Shown in pieces: positions 1 to 11,800 of a stretch of DNA of 64,000 bases; position 1 is the stretch's first letter, and every line of letters begins with the position of its first letter. The DNA lies in the IMG/VR virus record IMGVR_UViG_3300009537_002640, positions 142,496 to 206,495 of that record. One strand, 5' to 3'. The notes under the pieces were generated by a model that saw only the letters and a list, made by a program, of their open reading frames with translations, was not told where the DNA came from and searched no databases. The position numbers and the translations under genes were made by a program.

Positions 1-939
1 GCGAGCACGGTGACTCAAACCAACAACTCTTACATTTGCAGGAATATGCACGGTGGATTCATAGGTATAGTTTCCTTCTTTGACGTATACAGTTCCGCCA
101 AGTGTAGCTAATGAATCTACAGCCATTTGCATAACAGAGCTGGTTGGCCCATAGTAGTTACCGTAACTGTCTGTACCATCTCCAACTGTAACAATATTTA
201 CATCATCTGCATCGACCAGGGTTGGGCCAGTGTATCTATAGAAAGTAGCGAATAGGCTGAACCTACCGCTTGCATTTGTTGTACCATCTCTGTCGCCGAA
301 CACATTAAATGGATTAAATACACTACCCTCCCCGCTTATTGGTGAACCAGTTAGTCTAACTATACCATTTGCATAGTCAACAGTCCAACGTGCGTCACTA
401 CCAATTCCATTTTGAGCTGTAGGGTCAGCAGTGATTGGAATAGCTCCATAGCCTACGTATGCATCTAGAGTTCCACCATTATCATAAGCGGGGAATAATG
501 CCAGTTCGAAACCACGAGTTGTGACGTCATCATCGGCTGCGTGACCTCTGCCGGGAGACAAATCAGGTGGCACCAAATGCTTTATGCGCACTCGTTCTAC
601 ATCTACCGGGTCATCAGACTCGGGAACGGAATGAACTGCCATGAATGTTTGTGAACTTTGAGTATCATCTATACTTGAAGATGGGACAGAATACAGTAAT
701 GTTTTATTGTGACGAGTTGCAACAGCACCGCCACCGTATCCATCGTCGCCGTAATCAGGAGAGGCAAAATTACTTAGAGCAGTAGGGGTCTCACTGAAGA
801 TATCATCTCTTAGTACAATAGTAGATGTACCAAAAGGCTCTTCGTGAACGGAGTAATCAGGACCCAGCGTATTTGCTTTACGCTGAGCAAGCTTATCTGC
901 TAAAGCAATTTTTTCCTTTTCCAAGTCAGTAGTTGACAT
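1..939 (-). CDS. Partial (runs off left edge) tail/tailspike-like protein; C-terminal part begins a right-handed beta-helix
   Basis: Not in the ORF track; hand-translated. ATG at 939 with GGAGAG upstream, open to position 1 (MSTTDLEKEK...GGTVYVKEGNYTYESTVHIPANVRVVG). GGTVYVKEGxY is typical of the start of pectate-lyase-like beta-helices. Contains DDGY and LDAY. Confidence 0.65.
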   Translation of the reverse strand, partial: MSTTDLEKEKIALADKLAQRKANTLGPDYSVHEEPFGTSTIVLRDDIFSETPTALSNFASPDYGDDGYGGGAVATRHNKTLLYSVPSSSIDDTQSSQTFMAVHSVPESDDPVDVERVRIKHLVPPDLSPGRGHAADDDVTTRGFELALFPAYDNGGTLDAYVGYGAIPITADPTAQNGIGSDARWTVDYANGIVRLTGSPISGEGSVFNPFNVFGDRDGTTNASGRFSLFATFYRYTGPTLVDADDVNIVTVGDGTDSYGNYYGPTSSVMQMAVDSLATLGGTVYVKEGNYTYESTVHIPANVRVVGLSHRAR

Positions 940-953
940 TTACACTCTCTCCA

Positions 954-3620
954 TTACGGTAACAACTGTAACAAAGTCATTATCTTTTGTTTTGAAACTT
1001 CTCTTTCTTCTTCGTGCTGTCCAAAGTATGTAACTTTAACAGCAATCTTATTTTCGGTATTAGCGTTATTTCTAGGGCCAAAAGTAAAAGGCACGGTAAA
1101 ATCACCGGCAGTTCCAGTTACTGCTCCTGCCAATGCCCCATCACCATTTTTATAATGTCCGGTTCTAAACAAACGCCCTATATCAAGCCAACCAGTGCTA
1201 TTAGAATCCCATCCAGGAATCTTTACTTCGATTTTTCCAAACCTATCTCTTTCGTTAGCTTGTTTGTACCTAATGTCCTCAAAAGATATTAGTGAATTAC
1301 CATCGCTCATAATTCTTAATTTACCACCGCTTATAGCATAACCTAAGCTAAATGTTCTGCGATAAGTTCTGTCACCAGTAAGAGCACTGTAGTCTCTGGT
1401 GGTGGAAGAATTATTGGGGACAATACCGTTGCCCACTGTGTAATCATCCTGTGGATAAATCAACCCAGGAATATGTGCTTCATCTGGCACAAATCTACCC
1501 CCGCACTGTAGACTGGGGGTTGATGCTATACTGTCTGTACTAGTTATCACAGTCGCAGCATATCCATCTGTAGGACCTAAAAACTCATGTGTGTCTACAA
1601 CCCTATAGCTTTCGTCTGTAAACCACTCAGTCGTATCTGTAGATCTGCTACTACTATATCCATTAACCAATATTCTGTTTACAAAATCCACGCCATACGC
1701 ATCATAACCATCGCCAGGGCCAAAAGGATAGTATATAGTTGCCCTAATATATCCCCTTGTAGAAAATACATTGGGAGCTGGATGCAACCTGGTATCTATT
1801 GATGGAATGCCGATAGCTACATCACCAGCATCTTTAGCAAAATAAAATGCCTGGTCGTTGTGATCAGGAAGATTTGATGCGGAATATTTAGTGTATCCAT
1901 CGTCAAGCAATTCGCTAGCGTCAACTTGGGCACCGAAGACACCTGCATCAGTACCATGCGGAAAATTAAACACATTGGTGTCGAATTTTAATATCTCTTC
2001 CCGCAAATATGTTTTGTTAAACACATTATTGTCAGAACGTAATTCCACTTCAAACTTATTATTATCTGTTACTATAGAAGTATAATAGGCAATTCCAGAA
2101 AGAAATACTAAATCGCTAGTGGGAGATATTGGATTATGAGCATCATTAATATCCGTTCTAACAGGAATTAAGTTTACATGTTCTATTCCTGGCCTAGTAG
2201 GACTGTTATCTACATAAAAATTAACTATGCGGGTATAGTTCTGCGGGTCCTCATTAAAGTCCGGAACTGAAGTTTCTAAATTGCTGTATACTTCAGCTAG
2301 TGCGGGTTCTCCTCCAAAATCGCCAGCAGTATCTTCAGTCACATAATGAACTATACGGTAAGCTGATAGATTATCGTTTGCGTCTGTTTCCGTGATACCT
2401 TCTGGGGAAGTTAGCTCCCCACCAACAATGTCAGGGTTTGAAAGTGGAATTAGATATCTAGCCATTTGGAGACGGCTAAAGTCATTCTCATAATCATCGA
2501 AAATGTTTTCTCCGCTAGCATTAATGTTAGAGCTATAATCTTCAAACACCGGTTTTCGATCGTAAAGCAATATACTATCGAAATTGGTTAATGTAGGGGT
2601 ATAAACCTGTTGTCCTGCAGCACGTATGTTTTCGTTAAATATATTCTTTAGGTTCAAGACTGCTATTGGGAAAAACTCAGACGCACCACGCAATTTACGC
2701 TGAAGTACCAAAGTTCCACGGTCAGCAGGGAAAATTATTCCGCTCATCATTGCCTGAAGTCTACTAGTACTATCTTTGTCAATTGCAGTCCTAGTAATAA
2801 ACTTAGTCTCTTTAAATCCAACCGATGGTAGGGAAAAGAATCCTGGAACAGCATCCATCCTGTATACTTCAAACTCATCTTCTTTAGGCGGAACCCGTAA
2901 TGGATCCGACGTTCTAGCTATTCGAATTTTTTTAGTTGTATCTCCACCAGATGATATAGTTTCTATATCACCAGCATCTAGTCCAGAAATATCTACAGGC
3001 GTGCCATCAGATTCTCCGGGTGCTCTCCAGGTTAGTGTTTCTGTTCCTACACCGCCTCCCATTTTGAGAAAGGCTCCAGTGCCAGGGTCGGTGTTGCTAC
3101 TTACGTCAATAATTTGAATTCCGCGAATACCAGCATTTCTTGGCTGAGTTTTCTTCATAACATTCTCGCCATTTCCGCCAGTGGTATTGAAAACATGCAA
3201 GCGTCCATAACCATCATACCAGTCAGGAATGCCATCGTTAGGAACTTTAGAATTGTCGAATCCTATTTGATCAGGACGAGGAGGAACTAGAGAGCCTAAT
3301 TCTGAAAGAACGCCCTCGACATCATCTTCGAAATAGTTGTCATCTGAGTCTAGCACAGAAATGGCACTTGCATCGTGAGCATCTTCTGGGTCAGCTTCGT
3401 GTGCTAAAATCAAGGCACGCACATCACCGATTTCATCCAGTCGGGCCCTAACGGTCGCAAATGTACCCGAAGGCTGAATGCCCAATTCCTGCTCGATTTT
3501 TACAATCGCGTCTCGCAGTCTATTGGGGACCTCAGCCCGAATTTCATCAATCTGATTACGGACCAGTGGTAAGGTCGCGTAACCATCAATTGCCTCGGGA
3601 TATACAGAAAAATTAGCCAT
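954..3620 (-). CDS. Virion structural protein (tail/baseplate-like), 888 aa
   Basis: Long ORF; HEADPEDAHDASAIS motif common in phage tail proteins; beta-rich; 5 DGY motifs; tail-gene context. Confidence 0.6.
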   Translation of the reverse strand: MANFSVYPEAIDGYATLPLVRNQIDEIRAEVPNRLRDAIVKIEQELGIQPSGTFATVRARLDEIGDVRALILAHEADPEDAHDASAISVLDSDDNYFEDDVEGVLSELGSLVPPRPDQIGFDNSKVPNDGIPDWYDGYGRLHVFNTTGGNGENVMKKTQPRNAGIRGIQIIDVSSNTDPGTGAFLKMGGGVGTETLTWRAPGESDGTPVDISGLDAGDIETISSGGDTTKKIRIARTSDPLRVPPKEDEFEVYRMDAVPGFFSLPSVGFKETKFITRTAIDKDSTSRLQAMMSGIIFPADRGTLVLQRKLRGASEFFPIAVLNLKNIFNENIRAAGQQVYTPTLTNFDSILLYDRKPVFEDYSSNINASGENIFDDYENDFSRLQMARYLIPLSNPDIVGGELTSPEGITETDANDNLSAYRIVHYVTEDTAGDFGGEPALAEVYSNLETSVPDFNEDPQNYTRIVNFYVDNSPTRPGIEHVNLIPVRTDINDAHNPISPTSDLVFLSGIAYYTSIVTDNNKFEVELRSDNNVFNKTYLREEILKFDTNVFNFPHGTDAGVFGAQVDASELLDDGYTKYSASNLPDHNDQAFYFAKDAGDVAIGIPSIDTRLHPAPNVFSTRGYIRATIYYPFGPGDGYDAYGVDFVNRILVNGYSSSRSTDTTEWFTDESYRVVDTHEFLGPTDGYAATVITSTDSIASTPSLQCGGRFVPDEAHIPGLIYPQDDYTVGNGIVPNNSSTTRDYSALTGDRTYRRTFSLGYAISGGKLRIMSDGNSLISFEDIRYKQANERDRFGKIEVKIPGWDSNSTGWLDIGRLFRTGHYKNGDGALAGAVTGTAGDFTVPFTFGPRNNANTENKIAVKVTYFGQHEEEREVSKQKIMTLLQLLP

Positions 3621-3665
3621 TTATGATCCTCTAGATATAGGTGTAGCGTTCAAATTAATGTGAAT

Positions 3666-3675
3666 TTATTAGTAT
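3666..3675 (-). promoter_or_regulatory. Putative phage late promoter motif (ATACTAATAA)
   Basis: One of six intergenic copies of TAYTAATA on the coding strand; 46 nt upstream of the ATG at 3620. Confidence 0.55.
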
Positions 3676-3683
3676 ATTCATAG

Positions 3684-5396
3684 TTATAAGCCGCTAGGAT
3701 ATTGATATATAACATCCGTCTTATCGTGCCTTCTCATACGAAATTGCTGTCTTCCTGAGTCGCCCAAAACCAAAATGTTTCTGGTAACATCCAGCACTTC
3801 ATACCTAAATTCCTCAAAGAATTCACCGGTATTCTTATCTCTATTAAATAGTATGATTAAATCTCTGTCTTTTAGTGTAGGAATAGTGATTGTCCATGCT
3901 GTCAGTTCACTTGGGTGTGTAAGTCCTTGGTCTCCTTTGATTTCAAGGTCATCTGTGTATGGATGAACCCTTACCATTATCATTCCAAACACATTACGCC
4001 AGTGCTCTGAAATTGGACGGGTATTGTTATAACGGTCATATCCGCCGTCAAAACCTACACCATAACAATATGCACATCTGGTACGCTGGTGCTCCCGGCG
4101 CATACTGATACAAGCACAGCGTTTTCCTGTCCATTTTCTCTTCAATAAAATAGCAGGCATTCCGGTTACTTGTAGCTGTAGGTCTAGTCGAGCAAGATTT
4201 CTTTCCTGCAGGTCTAAACCGCGCACACCATTAAATTCGCCGCCTACATAGCTGTTTACACATCGCCCATCCAGCGTGTCTTGTAGGCTGGGGCGATGAT
4301 ATCCTTTAAAATCGTACGCAGGGAAATCTTCATTCTCAGCATCCGATATAGAAAAATCTGGGGTTATATCGTCGGCATTAGCTGCCCTATAACCATCCTC
4401 GTCTACATTGTAATCTCCAATAGCGTCGACATTGCGAGGAGTTCCATTATCTTCATGCCACGCCGCCGTATCGTTCAGTATTACAGTATTACCGTCCTCA
4501 ATACCTCTAAACAATTGAATGGCTGAACCAATTGCGTGGGTAGAGATTAAAGTAGTGAATGCGCCTCTTCCGGTGTCCTCTATATAGAAGTTCTCGCCAT
4601 CCTTAGATTCATATTGGATTACTTCGGAGCCAATATGTAAAAATCCTTTCTCAGGATATCCATTAGTGGTACTAACATTAATAGTTGCCCCGTAAGCATC
4701 AATGTCATTCTCTAGAGTTAAAACCTCTGGGTACTGATATAAATCCTCGCCTATTTGCTCAAGCTGAGTTAAGTCAAAATCGTTAGGGTCGTATTCAACC
4801 GCTCTTACTGCAAAGTATCTTAGTTTACCAGGCGGGACATTGATAACAACCTGGCGGGCTGTAGTAATTGCCCTTGGACCAGAATTAAAAACACCAAATC
4901 GAGTAGATGATACATAAATGTTGTAATGTATTTGTTTATTAGAGTCAGCAGGAACAGCCTCGCCCCAAGTTAGACGAAGCCCCATTCCATTTCCAACGTC
5001 TTCAATTCTACGCACTCCCACCAAATGCAACCAGGTAGGTTTTTCACGACAGCCAACATGTGCTGATGCTGCTTGCCCACCTGATGCTCCTGATGGAATA
5101 CCCGCTGGAGCCATTGTGAAACTATAGCGCTGAGTATTAGAGGTCATACCATCTTCAGCGACCCACTCCCATTGGTCATAATAAACGCCTGCATCTAGTG
5201 TTTTTGGAGAATCCCACGTAGCTTGATAAAAACCAGTGGACAAACGAGTAACTGGCAGTACGGCAATTAAGTTCCCACCAGACGCAGCATCATATATTCT
5301 AACCGCATTCACTGTGAATGGGTCGAACAAAGAGCCGTTCTCGTAGAACTTTATGCCGACATCTATTTCTTGTCCTATTAGACCACTGCGTGCCAT
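3684..5396 (-). CDS. Putative head-closure/neck protein with N-terminal Ig-like domain and Cys cluster, 570 aa
   Basis: N-terminal Ig/BppU-like strand pattern; C-terminal KRKWTGKRCAC...RCAYCYGVGF zinc-binding insert followed by a beta-rich domain resembling large-phage head-closure proteins. Confidence 0.55.
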   Translation of the reverse strand: MARSGLIGQEIDVGIKFYENGSLFDPFTVNAVRIYDAASGGNLIAVLPVTRLSTGFYQATWDSPKTLDAGVYYDQWEWVAEDGMTSNTQRYSFTMAPAGIPSGASGGQAASAHVGCREKPTWLHLVGVRRIEDVGNGMGLRLTWGEAVPADSNKQIHYNIYVSSTRFGVFNSGPRAITTARQVVINVPPGKLRYFAVRAVEYDPNDFDLTQLEQIGEDLYQYPEVLTLENDIDAYGATINVSTTNGYPEKGFLHIGSEVIQYESKDGENFYIEDTGRGAFTTLISTHAIGSAIQLFRGIEDGNTVILNDTAAWHEDNGTPRNVDAIGDYNVDEDGYRAANADDITPDFSISDAENEDFPAYDFKGYHRPSLQDTLDGRCVNSYVGGEFNGVRGLDLQERNLARLDLQLQVTGMPAILLKRKWTGKRCACISMRREHQRTRCAYCYGVGFDGGYDRYNNTRPISEHWRNVFGMIMVRVHPYTDDLEIKGDQGLTHPSELTAWTITIPTLKDRDLIILFNRDKNTGEFFEEFRYEVLDVTRNILVLGDSGRQQFRMRRHDKTDVIYQYPSGL

Positions 5397-5407
5397 AAGT
5401 TACTCCA

Positions 5408-5788
5408 TTAAACTGGTTCTGACTCGTAGACTCTCACATCTTGTTCACGTGAAGTGTGTATATCTACATCTATTCCTTCTGCTGTGGGAAAGTTTTCTAT
5501 GCGATAAAACATCACATACCTGTCTTCTCTCGTGTTACCTGTGTTTCCTGGAAGATTATATGTGTATCTTCCAGGCTCATTAGTAGAGTCCACCTCGAAA
5601 ACATCCAATTCTGTGCGAGCTGATACCCAAGCAGTACCGCTCCAATACTTAGTATCAGAATCTCTTTTTATCGTAAGAGTGATATACGGAATCTGCCCAG
5701 TTATACCATCGCCAGTAGTCGCGTCTAGTATGAGCAATTCAGTTATTATATCATCTCCAACATTCCAAATGTGCGGTCCACCACTCAT
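5408..5788 (-). CDS. Small Ig-like virion protein, 126 aa
   Basis: Intact ORF with GGAG RBS; strand pattern resembles the N-terminal domains of the 570-aa and 301-aa proteins (PGRYTY vs PGLYHF / TGFYQA). Confidence 0.55.
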   Translation of the reverse strand: MSGGPHIWNVGDDIITELLILDATTGDGITGQIPYITLTIKRDSDTKYWSGTAWVSARTELDVFEVDSTNEPGRYTYNLPGNTGNTREDRYVMFYRIENFPTAEGIDVDIHTSREQDVRVYESEPV

Positions 5789-5800
5789 ATATCAAACTCC

Positions 5801-8800
5801 TTAGTAGAAATCGTTCCAGGTTGTACCATCCCAACCCTGATGCTTCTTAGTAGATGTATTGAAAATTACCATGCCCTCAATTGGCTCTAGAGCGTCTCTT
5901 TCAGTTGTAGTAAGTCTTGGTGGTAAGAAGACACTCCCAACTGTTAGCTCATTACCCACATCTAGATTGCCATCGATGCCAGAATCTCCACCAACACTAA
6001 TTCCTGATGAGAAAGTTGTATAACCGTCAGAAGCTATATTGACTTGCTCTGCACCAGCTGTAATTAATGACAACTCATTTGCGCCAGCAGAACCTATTCC
6101 AGTGTCATAGTCAGACCAAGCAGGAACTAATGTAGGATTAGTTGCACTGGCTGCCTCATTCATTACTGTTCCAGAGCCACTTGTTGCGCCCGATATCTGA
6201 GATGCATTAATGAAGAATGCATTTATGCCCAGAGCAGCTATTCCTATCGTATCATCTTGAGTTTCATAAAACCCTGTATCGCCATCTCCAAATGATATTG
6301 TTGGAGTAGCAGCATCATTTTCTGAAGGTAGGGATAGTTTAGAACCTGTAACTGGAGCTTGTCCAATACCTATATTGCCAGATGTATCTATGGTTAAATG
6401 TGTATTAGTTCCTACTGTTGCATTGCTACCAATTTTGAATGCCTCGGAATCATCATTGTCAATACCTACAGTCCAATCCTGTGTAGCAGAAACACTCAGT
6501 TCTAGCTTGGGATCGCCGCCAGCTGATTGTGCCTCAGCCAAAAATACTGAATCGCTTCCAGCAGTAGAATTAGTGTTGTATACTCGAATGTCTGTATAGG
6601 CGCCATCATTAGCTTGTTGTACATCCCAAGTGGCAGCAGGAGCGGCAGCTATACCGGCATCACCACCAGTAGGGCCAATGCGCATACGAATATTACCACC
6701 AGGTATACTGCTATCCCCTATTACAAACTCTCCACCCAAAGATCTATCTAGCCCAACATACCATAAATCTCCTCCGCTTAGAGAGATATATGGGTCGCCA
6801 CCAGAAGTAGCTAAATCAAGTCTGGCATGACTACTGCTGCCTGAATCCAAATTGGCTATATTGGCAACTACAGATCCTACTGTGGTTTTGCGCATCGACC
6901 AATCCCAAATACCAGTAGTAGTGTGGCCTATTGCAATAAACCCTAGAGAGTCAATACGCATTACCTCACTACCAGCTGTTGATAGTGCTAGTACATCATC
7001 AGATGCCTCCCACCAGCCAGTATCACCGTCACCTAAATTTAATAGAGGAGTTGTTTCGCTTCCGGCGCCTGGTATATTTACAGCTGTAGCCCCACCAGTT
7101 TCAGTGATAGTCAGTCCTTCTACTCCGCCAGCTATTAGAGATATCGCGTCCGCTGCTCCTGAACCCACACCGGTATCCAAATCAAATCTAAAACAATATA
7201 CTGGATTGGTTGCAGTGCTTATTTCGTTACGCATATGCCAGCCACGAGTAGATTGCGCTGCGGCTAAGTCATCAAAACTAGCCCACCATCTAGATGTACC
7301 AACGGAACTGAAGTACACAGCATCGTCGGTAAGTTCGAAGAATCCAGTGTCACCATCACCAAAAGCTATAGTCGGTATCGCCTCGTTGTTCACAGACGGC
7401 ACTATTAAACGACTGCCACCCTGTACTTGTAAATCACCATAAGCATCAATTGTTGGTTGACCCGAGCCACTTGTAATGCGCAATCCTTCAATAGAATTAC
7501 CTATTAGGCTTACAGAACCTCCAGCGTCTATGTTTATATCACGAGTACCTAGAGCTTTTACTACACCAGGATCTGGCCATAACACAATGCCCTCTGAATC
7601 TACTTCTGCTTTAACTCCGGAGCCTGTACTAAATCCTAATCTATTGGATCCGATTCTGTATATTCCTGTATCTGTATCAGATAGGAATGAAATGCTAGGC
7701 AATACAGAGGTTCCATCTGCTACAAATAAACGCCCACCACCCTGAATATTGACATCGCCATAAGCATCTACGGTTGAATTATCGCCTTCAGTATTTCTAG
7801 TGAAACGCAAAGCCTCTTGCCCATCTACTATAGCAGATAGATTATATATACTTCCACCAGCACCTAGACCGGAATTTATACCGCTACCAGTTCTTACACT
7901 AGCATTAGTGTCTGATGGCGAACTAGCTGACAAATTACCACCACCAGCTGCAGAACCAAATTCTGATGATGTAAATGACCAAGCATTCGAACCACTTATA
8001 GATACACCTATTACGGTATCACTAAATGCATTAAATCCAGTATTTCCAGAGCTGCCGAAACCTATAGTTGGTGAAGAGAACCCTTCGACACCAGTTGTAT
8101 TCGGAAATATCAATCGATGATTCAATTGTAGGTTGTTGTTAACCCTATCAAAGTACAAGTCATTATCGCCAGCCAAAGTGCCGGAACTAGTAAAGAATGC
8201 CACATAGCCATCAGCACCTTCTTCTGCCGTAAGTCCACCACCTCCGCCGTAACCATCTAGAGCCTGTAGAATGACCTGAAATGTTTCTGATAGGTCATCG
8301 TTATTTATGGCTCCAGCTACATTTAGATCTCCATTAACATTTATGAATGGTGACCCAGTAGCATCAATTCTTATGCCCTCAATATTATTGGCGATGAGTG
8401 AAAGTTGACTTGTGCCAGCCGTACCAATACCAGTGCCAGAATCCAATGCATCTGGATTGAACGTAGGGGTGGTAGCAGTGGCATCAAAACCACGCATACT
8501 TGGGCCACCCGAAACAGTAGACGAATAATTGACACCGCTCCACGTAAATCTAGCAAAACCACCAAGAGATATTTGTATAGTGTCATCAGCAGATTCATAG
8601 AAGCCAGAATCACCATCACCAAATGTTATTGTAGGCGTTGATGGAGCATTTATCTGTGGGACAAAAAATCTGCTTCCAGTATTAACATGTAGTCCTGTGC
8701 TACTAACATAAGCTCGGGTACTTCCGGCTGTACCAATCTCTAGCTGATTAGTACTATGGTCGAAAATTATGTTTCCGCTCCAAGTTGAATCGGCATCAGC

Positions 8801-11800
8801 AAAAAGCAATGCTCCAAACCCAGTAGTGCTAGAGCCTATAGTAATTCCAACATTACTACCACCCTGGACAGTAAGATCATCATACAGAGCAGACGGAGTG
8901 CCACCATAGCTTGCACCCATAGTAACAGTAGTGGCACTACCTGATTCTGTTATTCGTATGCCTTCAACGCCACCAGCTACCAAGGACAATTGATTAGCAG
9001 CAGCTGAACCTATGCCAGTATCGGTATCGTTTCTACGCGGTACTAGTGTAGGATTGGTAGCGCTAGATATTTCATTCAATATACCTGGACCACCAGTATT
9101 GACATTTTCCATACCTATGCTAGAAAAATCGAATATCTTACTTCCACCAGTAGCAAGGCTTAGAACATTATCTAGAGCAGCATAAAAGCCAGTATCTCCA
9201 TCACCAAAATTTATGGTTGGTGTACTTGCAGTCCCACCAGTTGGAAAATTAACATCAGTTGATCCACCCGATTCAGTAATACGAAATGCCTCAACACCAC
9301 CAGCTGCAAAACCCAATATATCTGCACCGGCTCTAAACATACCAGTATCAAAATCTGATGCAGTGGCAAACGAGTATCCAGGAGTAGATGCAGAGCCACC
9401 AGCTGATGCTACAACGCCACTACTGGAGAACCATCTATCTGATGAATCTATTGTCCATTTCAAATTGCCAGATACGGAAAATGCAAGACTGGTAGAACCA
9501 AACGGAATGCCCATACCAGTTCCAGTGGCTGTATGAAACGAATACCCTGGAGTTGCTACTCCGCCACCACCACCAGCAAATAGACGACCCTCGACATGCA
9601 ACCCATCAGTAGGAGCAGTATCAACACCGGCATCTCCACTACCAATAACTACACCGCCAGCAACATCGAGTTTATTTAGTGGAGCAGTAGTTCCTATACC
9701 TAGTCGGTTATTAGGTCTATCCCAGAATAAATCGTTATCACCAGCTATACTATCACTACCAGTAAAGAAAGCAATATACCCATCAGCACCTTCGGTAGCT
9801 GATATGCCACCACCTCCGCCTCCACCAGCAGGGAAAGATGCTCCAGTACTAGAATTAAATTCAGCTACTGGGACACCATCATCGCTTAAGCACAAAGAGC
9901 CATCTTCAGTGACACTCCAAGTGAATGTGCGATTCGGCCTTCCTTCAGCAGTAGTAGAAACTATGTGCAATGATTCTGGTCCGAGATACAAGTCACGCCA
10001 ACGCAAATCAGGAGTGCCCAATCCCCACATATTATCCGTATGGGGCATCAAGTAACCATCAAAGTATCCATCGCCAGCTACATGCAGCTTAGCTTCAGGA
10101 GACCCAGTGCCAATGCCAACCTCTCCAGTAGTAGATAGCGTCATATTAACAACGCCACCAGAACGGAATCTTAGTTCTTCGTTAACATCGGCTGTTCCAT
10201 ATTGTACATAGTTGCCGGAATTTCTTAATAATACGGAGGAGGTGCCTATACGATAGTCAGAAGCTGTATTAATAGCGCCAGTAGTGGTAATTGAATGATT
10301 AGCTAATGCTACTGTTGGATCTTCGCCAAAACCTACTCTTCTGGCATCTGGACTTATAGATATTACTGGAGTACTACCAGCATATAGTCGCAAGAAACCT
10401 TGTGTGGTCCCGGGTGTCTTTTCAATCTTCCAGGAATAGTCCCGGCCAGTAGTTGTTTCAGCGTCAGTAGATATTATATGTATTGAATCCGTACCAAGAT
10501 ATAAGTCTCTCCATCGCAAATCAGGAGTACCTAATCCCCACATATCATCGGTACGTGGCATCAAGTAGCCGTCGAAATAACCATCGCCAGCTACATGTAA
10601 AAGTGCATCTGGAGCGTTAGTACTAATACCAACTCTCTGGGTATCTGTTATTCGTATAGCCTCTGTTCCACCAGTAACAAATCCTAATTGATTAATGGTA
10701 GCGCGATACATACCAGTATCGCCATCATTATTAAAGCCATAACTTACTACACTAGTGCTTCCAAAACCACTCTGTATTCTTGCTCCAGAATCAGCTGCGC
10801 TAAATATAGACGAGCTATTGGATATAGACCAAGCAGCCTGATTGTTTGTGGCAAAACGTAATGTTGCTCCGCTAGCATATATTCCAGTTCCATTACTAAA
10901 CGTAATTGCAGGATTGGTTGGTTCATCTAATGTTGGTAGAACTATTTGTTGTGCATAAACAGATCCAGTGATAGTAGAATCTCCAACCAAACTAGTGTCA
11001 CCATTTACAGTTACATACCCATCTTCAACACGGATGCTCTCAACTCCACCGGCAATCATAGATAATTGATCAGCACCAGATGAACCAATTCCAGTATTAG
11101 AGTCTGATTTATTAGGGACCAATGTAGGATTTGTAGCTGCAGCATTTTCACGCAAAAGTGCTGGTCCACTAGTTAAATCTGCTTGTATGCTAACATATGT
11201 GGTATACTGACCAGCGTCCCATGAGCCTCTAATAGACCCAAGGGTAGAAACAGCCAGGACATCATCACTACTTTCATAAAAGCCGGTATCAGTATCTCCA
11301 AAATTAATCGCAGGAAGACTGGCGGTTCCAGCAGACGAAAATGTAGTGTCTTGACTTATTACAACTGCAGCAGAGTATGCAGCAATTTTAGATCCTCCTC
11401 CAACAATAATAGCTACCTCTCCTGCGGCCCCGCCAATACCATTGCCGAAAGAACCCTTTCTGGGTATTATTGTCGGATTAGTACTTGATGAAGTCTCGTT
11501 TAGAAGCTGAGCCCCTACACTAAATGCAGAAAAGGAGCCACCTGACATCCTCCATGCTTCTGTACCATTAAAAGTGAACACAAAATCCGTAGTATCTAAA
11601 TCAATATTGTATGTAGAAGCAGAATCAAAAGATAATAAATCAACGTTAACTATGCTATTGCTGCCCATATCCAAGGAGTTACCCATAGTTAGGGTGCCAG
11701 ATATTGCAGTTTGTCCTATAACCCCTAGTCCTGCACCAACACTTAGGTATCCATCTGTACTAACAGTTATATTACCACTAGATTCAGATATTCTTAACCC

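Noticed and set aside
9981-10597. Near-duplicate ~104-nt segments in the giant fibre as a DGR template/variable repeat pair
   Set aside because: Differences are mostly synonymous third-position changes, not adenine-specific; both copies are internal to the ORF and no reverse transcriptase is in the window
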